Origin: a virus
Taxonomy: Duplodnaviria; Heunggongvirae; Uroviricota; Caudoviricetes
Length of the DNA stretch: 18,320 nt
Virus record (IMG/VR): IMGVR_UViG_2728369556_000002
Reading direction: 5' to 3' (one strand)
The stretch's first letter is position 1; each line of letters starts with the position of its first letter. The notes under the pieces were generated by a model. It was not told the DNA's origin. It worked only from the letters and a program-made list of their open reading frames with translations, and searched no databases. Both the position numbers and the translations under genes were made by a program. Below, piece by piece: positions 8,769 through 16,466 of this stretch.

Positions 8769-9995
8769 TCATTCATCGTTCTTTTCCTCTTTGCCTTTCG
8801 TATCTTTAAAGTTATTCAACGGATTTGCTGCATTTACGCTGACCAGCATTTCATCCAGACCGTCAACCGGGTTCATATCCTCAAATGCCCTGGCTTCATT
8901 CCGACTCATCCAGCCATCTGTAATGGCAAAGTGATAGAACTGCGCACGCTCCTGTGGGGTCCCACGGAGCAACCCCGTGAGGTTAAAACGAACGTAATAC
9001 CCGGCAGCCCGTTCTGTACGGGTAAACAGGCGACGGTTAAGCTCCTGCTCCCAGTTCGCAACCCAGGGCATCATCGTGTAGCGAACAAACTGAATCGCCT
9101 GCTGCGTAATATTCGAAAATGTGGCTTTTTCCAGGTCATTAATCATGTGCGCCGGGACATTAAAAATCCCTGCAATCATCGACCTGTTCAGCTTGGTCAT
9201 ATCAATGATCTGAGCATCCACCGGAGAAACTGTCAGAGCGCGGTAATCCAGTTGCGCAGGCAACAGCATGGTTTTATTTTCCTGGCTGCGAAGCGCTGTC
9301 ACCGCCCGCTGCCACATATTTTTAAGCCTGCCCCAGCTCTGTTCGTTCAGTTCATTTTTCACAGAAATAATACCGGCAGGACGGGCATTACCGTTAAAAA
9401 AGGCGCTGGTATACTGCTGGCCACTCATTCCCATACCAATGGTTTCAGCATGCTGCATGATCGGGCTCAGTCCCATTTTCTGATTGTTTCCCAGCGCCCT
9501 GATATGGATCATGTCGTCCGGACTTACCGCAAATGCACCCTCTTCGTTATACACCCCGTAAGTATGACGCCCACCGGTGTTAAGTAACGTGGTTTCCCAT
9601 GGCATACAGCATTCAAGGCTGGTAACCTCTCCACGACGATTACGTTTTACCCACGTATAACCATTGCCCCACCCCAGCACATGACGCTGCTTCAGTTCCC
9701 GCCACTTATAGCTGGTCTGCCAGGCATTAGGTTCATCATGAACGAGCCAGAACAACGGATGATCGCGTGCAGGCTGAACATGCTCATTCGTTTTTCGCAT
9801 CACATGCAGGGGCATCTGAGCCACACTGGATGAAATAACATAAATACAGGCATAGACAGCAGCCAGCTTCATGGATGTTTCCGGACTGACATACACATCC
9901 CGGGCAAAAATATTATCCGTCTCAGCGGCCTCTCCGGTTACCGGAACCGAGGGATTTTCCAGAGACTCACTGCGAAACAGAGCATCAAGAAGCAT
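8769..9995 (-). CDS. portal protein, HK97 family
   Basis: 408-aa ORF with AGGAGA ribosome-binding site, directly downstream of large terminase. Confidence 0.92.
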   Translation of the reverse strand: MLLDALFRSESLENPSVPVTGEAAETDNIFARDVYVSPETSMKLAAVYACIYVISSSVAQMPLHVMRKTNEHVQPARDHPLFWLVHDEPNAWQTSYKWRELKQRHVLGWGNGYTWVKRNRRGEVTSLECCMPWETTLLNTGGRHTYGVYNEEGAFAVSPDDMIHIRALGNNQKMGLSPIMQHAETIGMGMSGQQYTSAFFNGNARPAGIISVKNELNEQSWGRLKNMWQRAVTALRSQENKTMLLPAQLDYRALTVSPVDAQIIDMTKLNRSMIAGIFNVPAHMINDLEKATFSNITQQAIQFVRYTMMPWVANWEQELNRRLFTRTERAAGYYVRFNLTGLLRGTPQERAQFYHFAITDGWMSRNEARAFEDMNPVDGLDEMLVSVNAANPLNNFKDTKGKEEKNDE

Positions 9996-10125
9996 GTTTT
10001 CTCCTCATGGACACTACCAGTGCATAAAGCAGCAACAAACAGCCCGACAGCATCAGAGACGCTGGCAGACCTGCATACAGATAAACGCCAGCAGTGAGCA
10101 AACCGAAACCGATCAGCCCGGTCAT
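9985..10125 (-). CDS. hypothetical small hydrophobic protein (46 aa) between large terminase and portal
   Basis: Found by manual translation: MTGLIGFGLLTAGVYLYAGLPASLMLSGCLLLLYALVVSMRRKHAS. Its stop overlaps the portal start. No clear ribosome-binding site. Below the ORF-track length cutoff. Confidence 0.3.
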   Translation of the reverse strand: MTGLIGFGLLTAGVYLYAGLPASLMLSGCLLLLYALVVSMRRKHAS

Positions 10126-10142
10126 ATCAGTAATAAGCTGTT

Positions 10143-11900
10143 TCACAGAATTAACAGGTCCTCATCAGGATCAAGCGTGGACAGAAAGTCATTCACGCCC
10201 CCGCCATTTACCAGAAAGCGGCTCATGGCCGTAAAAAGCGCAACAGGGCCGTCGATTTTGGCTTCAGGCGTGGATTTATTCGGGAAGATGTTGTCGTTTT
10301 TGTCCGGTTTTACCGTAACGTTAGACATCATCCAGTTCATGACCGGATGATTGCTGTGATGGAAACGCCCGGCATAAACCAGTGATTCCGTTTCCTTCAT
10401 GGCCTCTGACAGATTGCGGACCGTCTGCGGAACCTCCACCAGCGGTATCCCTTCTTCAGCCAGTGCCAGGCTGAACTGCATTGCGCTCCACGGGTCAAAT
10501 CCCAGTTCCCTGAGGTTTTCACCGCCAATCCATTCCAGTAAGTCACTTTTTATCTGAGCATGATCGATAACATCACCATCCGTCAGGATGAGCTTATCCA
10601 TCTCCGCCCACTTCCGGTAAAGTTCTGCCTGCTGCCGCGAGCATCGCTCCAGCCGTCCTTCCGGAAGCCAGAATTTAAAATCAGCATGAACATGTCCGTT
10701 ATCGGTTCGCCAGAGTTTTGCCGCCGCACAGATATCAATCTTATGAGCAAGGTCGACGCCGACCCACATGGGATATGTTTTCAGCTCATGTTGTGGAGCA
10801 ATGTATTCGCACTTCTCCCACTTAATCATATCCATCCAGGCAGATTCGGCAGTGACCCACACATTCATGTGTTTGGTAAAAAAATTCACCCGCGCAGAGA
10901 CCTGCTCCTTCGCTTTTTTCGCCAGACGACGCAGATCATCCCAGCGTTTACAGATGCCCAGGCCAGGATTCGCTTTCTGCCAGACCGTTTCATCAAACGG
11001 ATCATCTCCCTCATCGAGCGTGTAAATGATCGCAAAGTAGGAGTCGTCTTTTACCGCGCCCTCCACGTCGCTGTTATAGCCTCGCAATACCTTAATGGCG
11101 TAATCGCGCTGCTCGTAGCAAATCCCTTCCTTGTTAAAGCCAGCCGTGGTGATGCCAAATAACAGAGACTGCAGACGGGCACCGGTTGCCGTTTCCAGAA
11201 CGTCCCACACGTCACGGGTTTTATGAGCATGCAGCTCATCAATAATGGCGCAGTGGATGTTCAGACCGTCCAGGTTGTTTGCATCCGAGGAAAGCGGTTC
11301 AAATTTTGATGCGCTCTGCTCCTGGTAAATCGCCAGCTTGTTGAAATCAAACAACCGCCCGAGTGTCGACCGGGCTTTTCTGACCATATTTTTGGCGTCT
11401 TCAAACACAATTCTGGCCTGGTCACGCGTGGTTGCGGCTGAATACACCTCAGCCCCGCCTTCACCATCTGCCCCCGTCATATACAGACCGATACCCGATG
11501 ACAGGGTTGATTTTGCGTTTTTACGGGCAACTTCGTTGTATGCTGTCCGGAACCGGCGCACCATCACCGGGCGTCCACTGCCATCGCTGCGCATGACAAC
11601 TTCCCCGGTTTCTTCATTCACCAGCGGAATGACAAAACCAAAAATATTAATGAGGATAAACACATGCCAGTCCATCAACTCAATGGGCTGACCTGCCAGC
11701 GCCCCTTTCACATGGGGTACAAATTTGTAGAAATTAAGGATGTGCTGTGCACGGGGTTCACTGAAATAAATCCCCCGCTCTTCGCCGTACTTCAGATCAT
11801 CAAGAAAACGCTGGCAGGCCAGACGGACAAATTCGCCAGCAACAATTTCTCCTGCAACAACACGTTCGGCGTAGCGGATCCCGTCAGCCACTTTTGCCAT
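10143..11900 (-). CDS. terminase large subunit
   Basis: 585-aa ORF whose ATG overlaps the stop of the small terminase C-terminal frame (TGATGG). Sequence character matches the terminase ATPase/nuclease family. Confidence 0.95.
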   Translation of the reverse strand: MAKVADGIRYAERVVAGEIVAGEFVRLACQRFLDDLKYGEERGIYFSEPRAQHILNFYKFVPHVKGALAGQPIELMDWHVFILINIFGFVIPLVNEETGEVVMRSDGSGRPVMVRRFRTAYNEVARKNAKSTLSSGIGLYMTGADGEGGAEVYSAATTRDQARIVFEDAKNMVRKARSTLGRLFDFNKLAIYQEQSASKFEPLSSDANNLDGLNIHCAIIDELHAHKTRDVWDVLETATGARLQSLLFGITTAGFNKEGICYEQRDYAIKVLRGYNSDVEGAVKDDSYFAIIYTLDEGDDPFDETVWQKANPGLGICKRWDDLRRLAKKAKEQVSARVNFFTKHMNVWVTAESAWMDMIKWEKCEYIAPQHELKTYPMWVGVDLAHKIDICAAAKLWRTDNGHVHADFKFWLPEGRLERCSRQQAELYRKWAEMDKLILTDGDVIDHAQIKSDLLEWIGGENLRELGFDPWSAMQFSLALAEEGIPLVEVPQTVRNLSEAMKETESLVYAGRFHHSNHPVMNWMMSNVTVKPDKNDNIFPNKSTPEAKIDGPVALFTAMSRFLVNGGGVNDFLSTLDPDEDLLIL

Positions 11901-11958
11901 CAGTCTCTCGCTTTTAAAAGCTCTGCCAGCGGATCAACATCATCCGGTCCGGCGGTAT

Positions 11959-12381
11959 TTACTTTCGCCCGGCTTGCCGGTGACATACCAAACTCTGCAA
12001 GCATCGCCCGAATCCGCTTCCAGGCATCAGCTTCATCGCAGCAGCCGGGTGTGCCTTGATCAGCACATCGCCATTCTGCGTTTCCGTGCGGTAGGTATAA
12101 CCCTCAACATCGAGTATTTCGCAGTGATGCCGGTATTCGGTGTAGGCTTCCACCAGTAACTCGAGCGCACGTGCATCGAGCTGAGAAATGATCCCTTCCG
12201 CATTCAGCTCTTCCGCCATTCGCCTGAACCAGTACTTCCCCTGCGCCCCTAAATGTTGCGGAATTTTAGGGAGACCTTTTTCATCCTTTTTAGCGGTTTT
12301 TTTGGAGTCTTTAACTGGCCGCTTTGAGGGGTTACCTCGTATCAAATGCAGGCGTGGCGGGGTTTTCGGGGGTCCAGACAT
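11959..12381 (-). CDS. terminase small subunit (P27 family), apparently frameshifted near the 3' end
   Basis: N-terminus MSGPPKTPPRLHLIRGNPSKRP... is typical of the P27 family. The expected C-terminus (DAWKRIRAMLAEFGMSPASRAKV...KARD-stop, overlapping the large terminase ATG) is encoded in a different frame from about 12010 to 11900. The span 12381..11900 is 482 nt, not a multiple of 3. Confidence 0.8.
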   Translation of the reverse strand: MSGPPKTPPRLHLIRGNPSKRPVKDSKKTAKKDEKGLPKIPQHLGAQGKYWFRRMAEELNAEGIISQLDARALELLVEAYTEYRHHCEILDVEGYTYRTETQNGDVLIKAHPAAAMKLMPGSGFGRCLQSLVCHRQAGRK

Positions 12382-12527
12382 AATCGATTTTACCTATCAA
12401 TCATTTAATCACATTCCAAAAAAAAGTTTTCGAACCTGCGGCGATGCGAGGAAAGGTCAGGCGGCGGTACTGAGCAGCAGGGTTGCAGAGATTTGACCTG
12501 CCCCTCCCCTACAGATGGGAACTGTTA

Positions 12528-12878
12528 TCAATTGAGGCGTTCGCGCGCTGTTTTTGCTTTATGACAGGGCCAGCACAGACTCTGCAGGTTACTGTCTGCA
12601 TCCGTGCCACCATGAGCTTTCGGAATGATGTGGTCCACAGTTCTGGCTTCAACGGCTCTCCCATTGCGCAGGCAGTTCTGACACAGATGATTATCACGCT
12701 TCAGTATGCGCGCACGTATGGCATCCCATTTCGAGCCATAGCCACGCTGGTGGCGGCTCAGTCCGCGTTGATGCTGTACCCATCCTTCGCCACGATGTTT
12801 ATCGCAGTAACCAGAACTGTCTGTGGTTGTACCTGCACATCCACGCTTACGGCAGGCGCGTGGGATTCGTGGGGGCAT
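12528..12878 (-). CDS. HNH endonuclease (terminase-associated)
   Basis: ORF track 12528..12977. Preferred start is the ATG at 12878 (MPPRIPRACRK...) with GGAG upstream. Contains Cys pairs and the motif VDHIIPKAHGG...N...LCWPCH. Confidence 0.85.
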   Translation of the reverse strand: MPPRIPRACRKRGCAGTTTDSSGYCDKHRGEGWVQHQRGLSRHQRGYGSKWDAIRARILKRDNHLCQNCLRNGRAVEARTVDHIIPKAHGGTDADSNLQSLCWPCHKAKTARERLN

Positions 12879-12998
12879 ATGTACTCCAATGAAGAAGCCA
12901 CCGACATAGCCTCCTCCATTCATAGTGAAACTATTTTCATCTACCCAGTAATGAATTCTTTGTAGAGTTGTGATCAATACAACTCACTAATGGAGAGG

Positions 12999-13020
12999 CT
13001 TGTCCAACACGTTGGACAAG
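12999..13020. repeat. inverted repeat, 10-bp arms with 2-bp spacer
   Basis: CTTGTCCAAC ac GTTGGACAAG; the arms are exact reverse complements. Confidence 0.8.
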
Positions 13021-13100
13021 TTTCCTGTTTGATTTACTGGACACTATAGAAGGACAGAATGCCTTCATCACTCGAATAACATCAATTAAGGAGGTTCAAC

Positions 13101-13223
13101 ATGTTTCATTCCACAAATCATCAGGCTGTAATTATGGCTGCATCAGCTTGTGCCACAGACCTTTTCCGCTTCACTTTGAGCCTGATTCATTTCTACCTGA
13201 CCGGCTCGCCTCTATCTTTTTAA
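13101..13223 (+). CDS. hypothetical 40-aa protein
   Basis: Near-consensus AAGGAGG ribosome-binding site 6 nt upstream of the ATG. Encodes MFHSTNHQAVIMAASACATDLFRFTLSLIHFYLTGSPLSF. A palindrome lies about 80 nt upstream. Below the ORF-track cutoff. Confidence 0.3.
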   Translation: MFHSTNHQAVIMAASACATDLFRFTLSLIHFYLTGSPLSF

Positions 13224-13403
13224 TCCCCGCTTTATCCAAATTGCATTGCCAGAATGCCGACAACAGACTGACATTCAAATCCTGACTACCTCCAATAGGC
13301 TGAGCATCCACCTATATAGTTTTAATTTTCATCAATCCATTTAACTATCGTTTAATTGTTGTCACATAGGATTCTGCCGTTTTTAACAATGCAGGATAAT
13401 AAG

Positions 13404-13697
13404 ATGAAAAAAATGTTGTTTTCTGCCGCTCTGGCAATGCTTATTACAGGATGTGCTCAACAGACGTTTACTGTTGGAAACAAACCGACAGCAGTAACAC
13501 CAAAGGAAACCATCACCCATCATTTCTTCGTTTCGGGAATTGGACAGGAGAAAACTGTTGATGCAGCCAAAATTTGTGGCGGCGCAGAAAATGTTGTTAA
13601 AACAGAAACCCAGCAAACATTCGTAAATGGATTTCTCGGTTTTATTACTTTAGGCATTTATACTCCACTGGAAGCGCGTGTGTATTGCTCACAATAA
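13404..13697 (+). CDS. bor: Bor outer-membrane lipoprotein (serum-resistance, Iss-like)
   Basis: MKKMLFSAALAMLITGCAQQTFTV... has a lipobox and is nearly collinear with lambda Bor as I recall it. On the opposite strand to the late genes, as in lambda. Confidence 0.92.
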   Translation: MKKMLFSAALAMLITGCAQQTFTVGNKPTAVTPKETITHHFFVSGIGQEKTVDAAKICGGAENVVKTETQQTFVNGFLGFITLGIYTPLEARVYCSQ

Positions 13698-13728
13698 TTG
13701 CATGAGTTGCCCATCGATATGGGCAGCT

Positions 13729-14190
13729 CTATCTGCACTGCTCATTAATATACTTCTGGGTTCCTTCCAGTTGTTTTTGCATTGTGATCAGCCTCTCTCT
13801 GAGGGTGAAATAATCCCGTTCAGCGGTGTCTGCCAGTCGGGGGCTGGTTGCATTATCCACGCCGGAGGCGGTGGTGGCTTCACGCACTGACTGACAGACT
13901 GCTTTGATGTGCAACCGACGACGACCAGCGGCAACATCAGCGCGCAGAGTTTCATTTTCAGCTTTCGCATTGGCTAATTCTCTCGAGTACTTTGCATCGA
14001 GTGCAGCAACATCACGCTGACGCTGCTGCATGTCAGCGATAGTGGCGATCGCCTGCTTCAGCTCACTGACTTTTTTATCACGCTGTTCTTTGTAGGCGAT
14101 GGCGTTATCACGGTAATGATTGACCGCCCACGACAGGCAGACGATGATGCAGATAACCAAAGCATAAATAATCGCGGCGACTCTGCTCAC
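13729..14190 (-). CDS. Rz: i-spanin Rz
   Basis: Strong match to lambda Rz (...[25 protein letters not shown]...KYINEQCR). Probable GTG start at 14190 overlapping the endolysin stop (GTGA); the ORF track lists an upstream TTG at 14205. Confidence 0.92.
   Translation of the reverse strand: MSRVAAIIYALVICIIVCLSWAVNHYRDNAIAYKEQRDKKVSELKQAIATIADMQQRQRDVAALDAKYSRELANAKAENETLRADVAAGRRRLHIKAVCQSVREATTASGVDNATSPRLADTAERDYFTLRERLITMQKQLEGTQKYINEQCR
13788..13970 (-). CDS. Rz1: o-spanin Rz1, embedded in the +1 frame of Rz
   Basis: 60-aa ORF with lipobox (VVGC) and a proline run ([12 protein letters not shown]), as in lambda Rz1, lying entirely within Rz. Confidence 0.88.
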   Translation of the reverse strand: MRKLKMKLCALMLPLVVVGCTSKQSVSQCVKPPPPPAWIMQPAPDWQTPLNGIISPSERG

Positions 14191-14720
14191 TGCTCTATCC
14201 CCCAACAGGCTAATGCGCTTTCCTGGTCACGACGAATAACCTGTCCATAGCAGTTATTTGAACGTATGCGGCAATCGCGCCCACCATCTTTTATCCACCA
14301 GCGAATCGCCTCGCATGCGCCCTTACGATCACCGGCATTCAGCCGCTTATAAAACGTCGACGGGAAACACTTACCGGGGCCAATGTTATAGGGACAGAAT
14401 GACGCTATACCCGCTTTTTGTGGTTCGGTCAGTAGTACTTTAATATTGCGCTCCACCCATGCCAGCGCCTTATCACGCTCAATGGCGTTGACCTGGTCGC
14501 ATTTTTCCTTCGACAGTTTCATACCGGGAAAAACGGGTTTTCCATCCACCATCGTGGCACCCCGACAGATGGTCCAGATGCCGGACCCATCGCGGTATGC
14601 CGTTGTGTGGTTACCTTCTTTTTCATCCAGAAACTGGTCGAGAATATCAGGCGCGGGCGCACCGACGGCAATCAGTGCCAGAACGGCAGCCGACAGGCCG
14701 TATCTGATTTTTGCGTTCAT
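14187..14720 (-). CDS. SAR-type endolysin (phage lysozyme)
   Basis: 177-aa ORF with an N-terminal weakly hydrophobic Ala/Gly-rich segment ([18 protein letters not shown]) followed by a lysozyme-like body, resembling signal-arrest-release endolysins such as phage 21 R. Confidence 0.88.
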   Translation of the reverse strand: MNAKIRYGLSAAVLALIAVGAPAPDILDQFLDEKEGNHTTAYRDGSGIWTICRGATMVDGKPVFPGMKLSKEKCDQVNAIERDKALAWVERNIKVLLTEPQKAGIASFCPYNIGPGKCFPSTFYKRLNAGDRKGACEAIRWWIKDGGRDCRIRSNNCYGQVIRRDQESALACWGIEQ

Positions 14721-14783
14721 GGATATTTATCAGGATTTATCGGTTTCTGCCCACGGACAGGTTTATCTGTTCCGGTCAGTGAC

Positions 14784-15134
14784 TTAAGGTTGTGATTCCG
14801 GAGGAGTCTTCAGAGAACCAGTAATTCTTCCCGGTAGCTTTCCTTTGTAGGTTATCCATACATTCTGCGCCTCTAAAATTACGGGGCGCTTTTCCGGCGA
14901 CTGCTCATCCCCTTCACATAACCCGGCAGCAACATCCAGGAAGACCTGTCTGATACTCATTCTGGCTGCTGCCTCATAAAACTCCAGCGCGGCACCTTCA
15001 ACACGGTCCAGCGAGATGTCCAGGTCAAAAATTTCACCGTCAAAGCGTTTTTTGTCCCGTAACGCTAAAGTTACCGTAACTTTATTCTCAAAATTGCGGA
15101 TCCCTTTCACAATCAGTTCATAGTTTTGAGTCAT
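14784..15134 (-). CDS. hypothetical protein between holin and endolysin (DUF1327 / YdfR-like)
   Basis: 116-aa ORF with GGAGAG ribosome-binding site, in the same position as ydfR in the E. coli Qin lysis cassette. Family assignment is from memory. Confidence 0.55.
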   Translation of the reverse strand: MTQNYELIVKGIRNFENKVTVTLALRDKKRFDGEIFDLDISLDRVEGAALEFYEAAARMSIRQVFLDVAAGLCEGDEQSPEKRPVILEAQNVWITYKGKLPGRITGSLKTPPESQP

Positions 15135-15138
15135 TGAA

Positions 15139-15354
15139 TTACTCTCCCCGTGCCGCCTTACGACGGTCCTCTCTGATTTTGAAATACAGGTTAGTCAGAT
15201 ATGTCAGCAGCCCAAACAGCAGACTCCCCAGCACGCCTATTGCCGCCCACTGAGACGGGGAAACCCTGTCCAGCAACTGCAGGAACCAGTAGCCCGTTCC
15301 CACCGCTGACGTGGTGTATGACACACCTGTTGTGATTTTTTCCATCTGGTCCAT
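15139..15354 (-). CDS. class II holin / pinholin (phage 21 S-like), dual-start
   Basis: ORF track 15139..15459. Real start is the ATG at 15354 ([10 protein letters not shown]..., 71 aa) with GGGAGA upstream. Two in-frame Met codons at positions 1 and 4. C-terminus ...[30 protein letters not shown]. Confidence 0.88.
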   Translation of the reverse strand: MDQMEKITTGVSYTTSAVGTGYWFLQLLDRVSPSQWAAIGVLGSLLFGLLTYLTNLYFKIREDRRKAARGE

Positions 15355-15386
15355 ACCCCGTCTCCCGTTATCCGGAAGCTGACAAC

Positions 15387-15418
15387 AATAAAAAAGCCAC
15401 CAGTTAACTACTGATGGC
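15387..15418 (-). terminator. intrinsic terminator about 35 nt upstream of the holin gene
   Basis: Minus strand reads GCCATCAGTAGTTAACTGGTGGC (7-bp stem with one G-U pair) followed by TTTTTTATTG. Confidence 0.5.
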
Positions 15419-15661
15419 TCTGATAACTCATGCAAGCGTCTCAGACGATCCACTGACACTACCGGTGAGTTTAACGATACCTTCCATTTGACTGGCTCAC
15501 TTTTTATGATGATGCCGGTGTATTTATCTCCAGCACCAGACTTTCTATCTCAACGCCATACGTTGCATTTTTGGTAATATCCGTCAGCGTCAGTGCATTT
15601 AGTCCCACTGCCAGACCGTCTTTTATGGTCTGGAATGCCGGGCCAGTACGATGACGTAGTA

Positions 15662-15850
15662 TCACTCCGGCTCAGTTGCACCACTGACCACCACATCACC
15701 TTCTGCTGCAATCGCCTGCATCAGGGTATAAGGGGTTATGGCCACCGGACTACCAAACGGCTGCCAGCCCTCTTTCAGTTTATGTGTCAGCTTTTCCGCA
15801 AGATCTGACGGCGGCGCCGCCCTGACAACATCATAGTGTTTAAATGCCAT
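15662..15850 (-). CDS. hypothetical small protein upstream of the holin (possibly DUF1737-like)
   Basis: ORF track 15662..15865. Likely start is the ATG at 15850 (MAFKHYDVVR..., 62 aa) with GGAAAG upstream. Family name is a low-confidence recollection. Confidence 0.5.
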   Translation of the reverse strand: MAFKHYDVVRAAPPSDLAEKLTHKLKEGWQPFGSPVAITPYTLMQAIAAEGDVVVSGATEPE

Positions 15851-16110
15851 GGTTCTTTCCACCATCTGAAAAATAATTCTTTAAAATACCAGACATGTAA
15901 CACAGAAAAAACACAAAACCATACCTTAAATAGAAACCTGATCATCAAGCAGATATGCATGGATAAACTACAAGACGAGATATAAACCACCCTGCATTTA
16001 AATAAACAATAAACAACATCAGAAAAATAATTCTGCTCTATGGTTTATATTCAAAAATATCATTTATACTTTTCAGAACATCACCAGCAAGGCATAAACA
16101 AGGAAGCTAA

Positions 16111-16446
16111 ATGAAGTGGATTGTAATTGATACAGTTATCCAGCCATCATGCGGAATATCTTTTTCAGTCATATGGAGTAAAGTAAAATTAATAATCTGG
16201 TATCAATCGGATGCTTTCTTACCTCCTGAAAGTATATTTACACTGACTCACACAGGTATCATGCTCAATAACAAAGTGCTACCTGTAACCATTTACAACG
16301 TAGTACCATTCAATAAAACATTCTGGAATTTAATCAAAAACAGCCAGGAATGCCCTACAAATACAGATAACGTATTGAATGAATGCTTTAATAACCGTTG
16401 CATTCTGCAAATATGTCCTTATGGACTAAAACAACAAAGTCCATAA
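16111..16446 (+). CDS. orphan low-GC protein of unknown function (111 aa)
   Basis: An uninterrupted 111-codon ORF in markedly AT-rich DNA, with AAGGAAG 6 nt upstream of the ATG. On the opposite strand to the late operon. No family recognised. Confidence 0.45.
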   Translation: MKWIVIDTVIQPSCGISFSVIWSKVKLIIWYQSDAFLPPESIFTLTHTGIMLNNKVLPVTIYNVVPFNKTFWNLIKNSQECPTNTDNVLNECFNNRCILQICPYGLKQQSP

Positions 16447-16448
16447 GG
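16417..16448. repeat. inverted repeat, 11-bp arms with 10-nt loop, at the 3' end of the orphan ORF
   Basis: CCTTATGGACT aaaacaacaa AGTCCATAAGG; the stop codon of ORF 16111..16446 lies inside the right arm. Confidence 0.8.
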
Positions 16449-16466
16449 AGTTTACTCACATCTGAC

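Noticed and set aside
8931-9587. 218-aa plus-strand ORF inside the portal gene
   Set aside because: Antisense shadow ORF; the portal assignment on the minus strand is much better supported.
10560-11162. 200-aa plus-strand ORF inside the large terminase gene
   Set aside because: Antisense to the large terminase; no independent support.
12879-12977. N-terminal extension of the HNH ORF (149-aa version)
   Set aside because: The internal ATG at 12878 has a GGAG site and gives a typical ~116-aa HNH protein. The upstream extension begins at a non-ATG codon with no ribosome-binding site.
13356-13403. N-terminal extension of bor (113-aa version)
   Set aside because: The lipoprotein signal peptide begins at MKKMLF (13404), which matches lambda Bor. 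The upstream part begins at a non-ATG codon.
15355-15459. N-terminal extension of the holin ORF (106-aa version starting at 15459)
   Set aside because: The extension contains the intrinsic terminator at 15387-15418 and lacks a ribosome-binding site. The 71-aa form starting at 15354 matches the pinholin family length.
15611-15633. Hairpin CCAGACC-9 nt-GGTCTGG just downstream of the small gene at 15662..15850
   Set aside because: No U-tract on either strand; may be an RNA stability element, but there is too little evidence to call a terminator.
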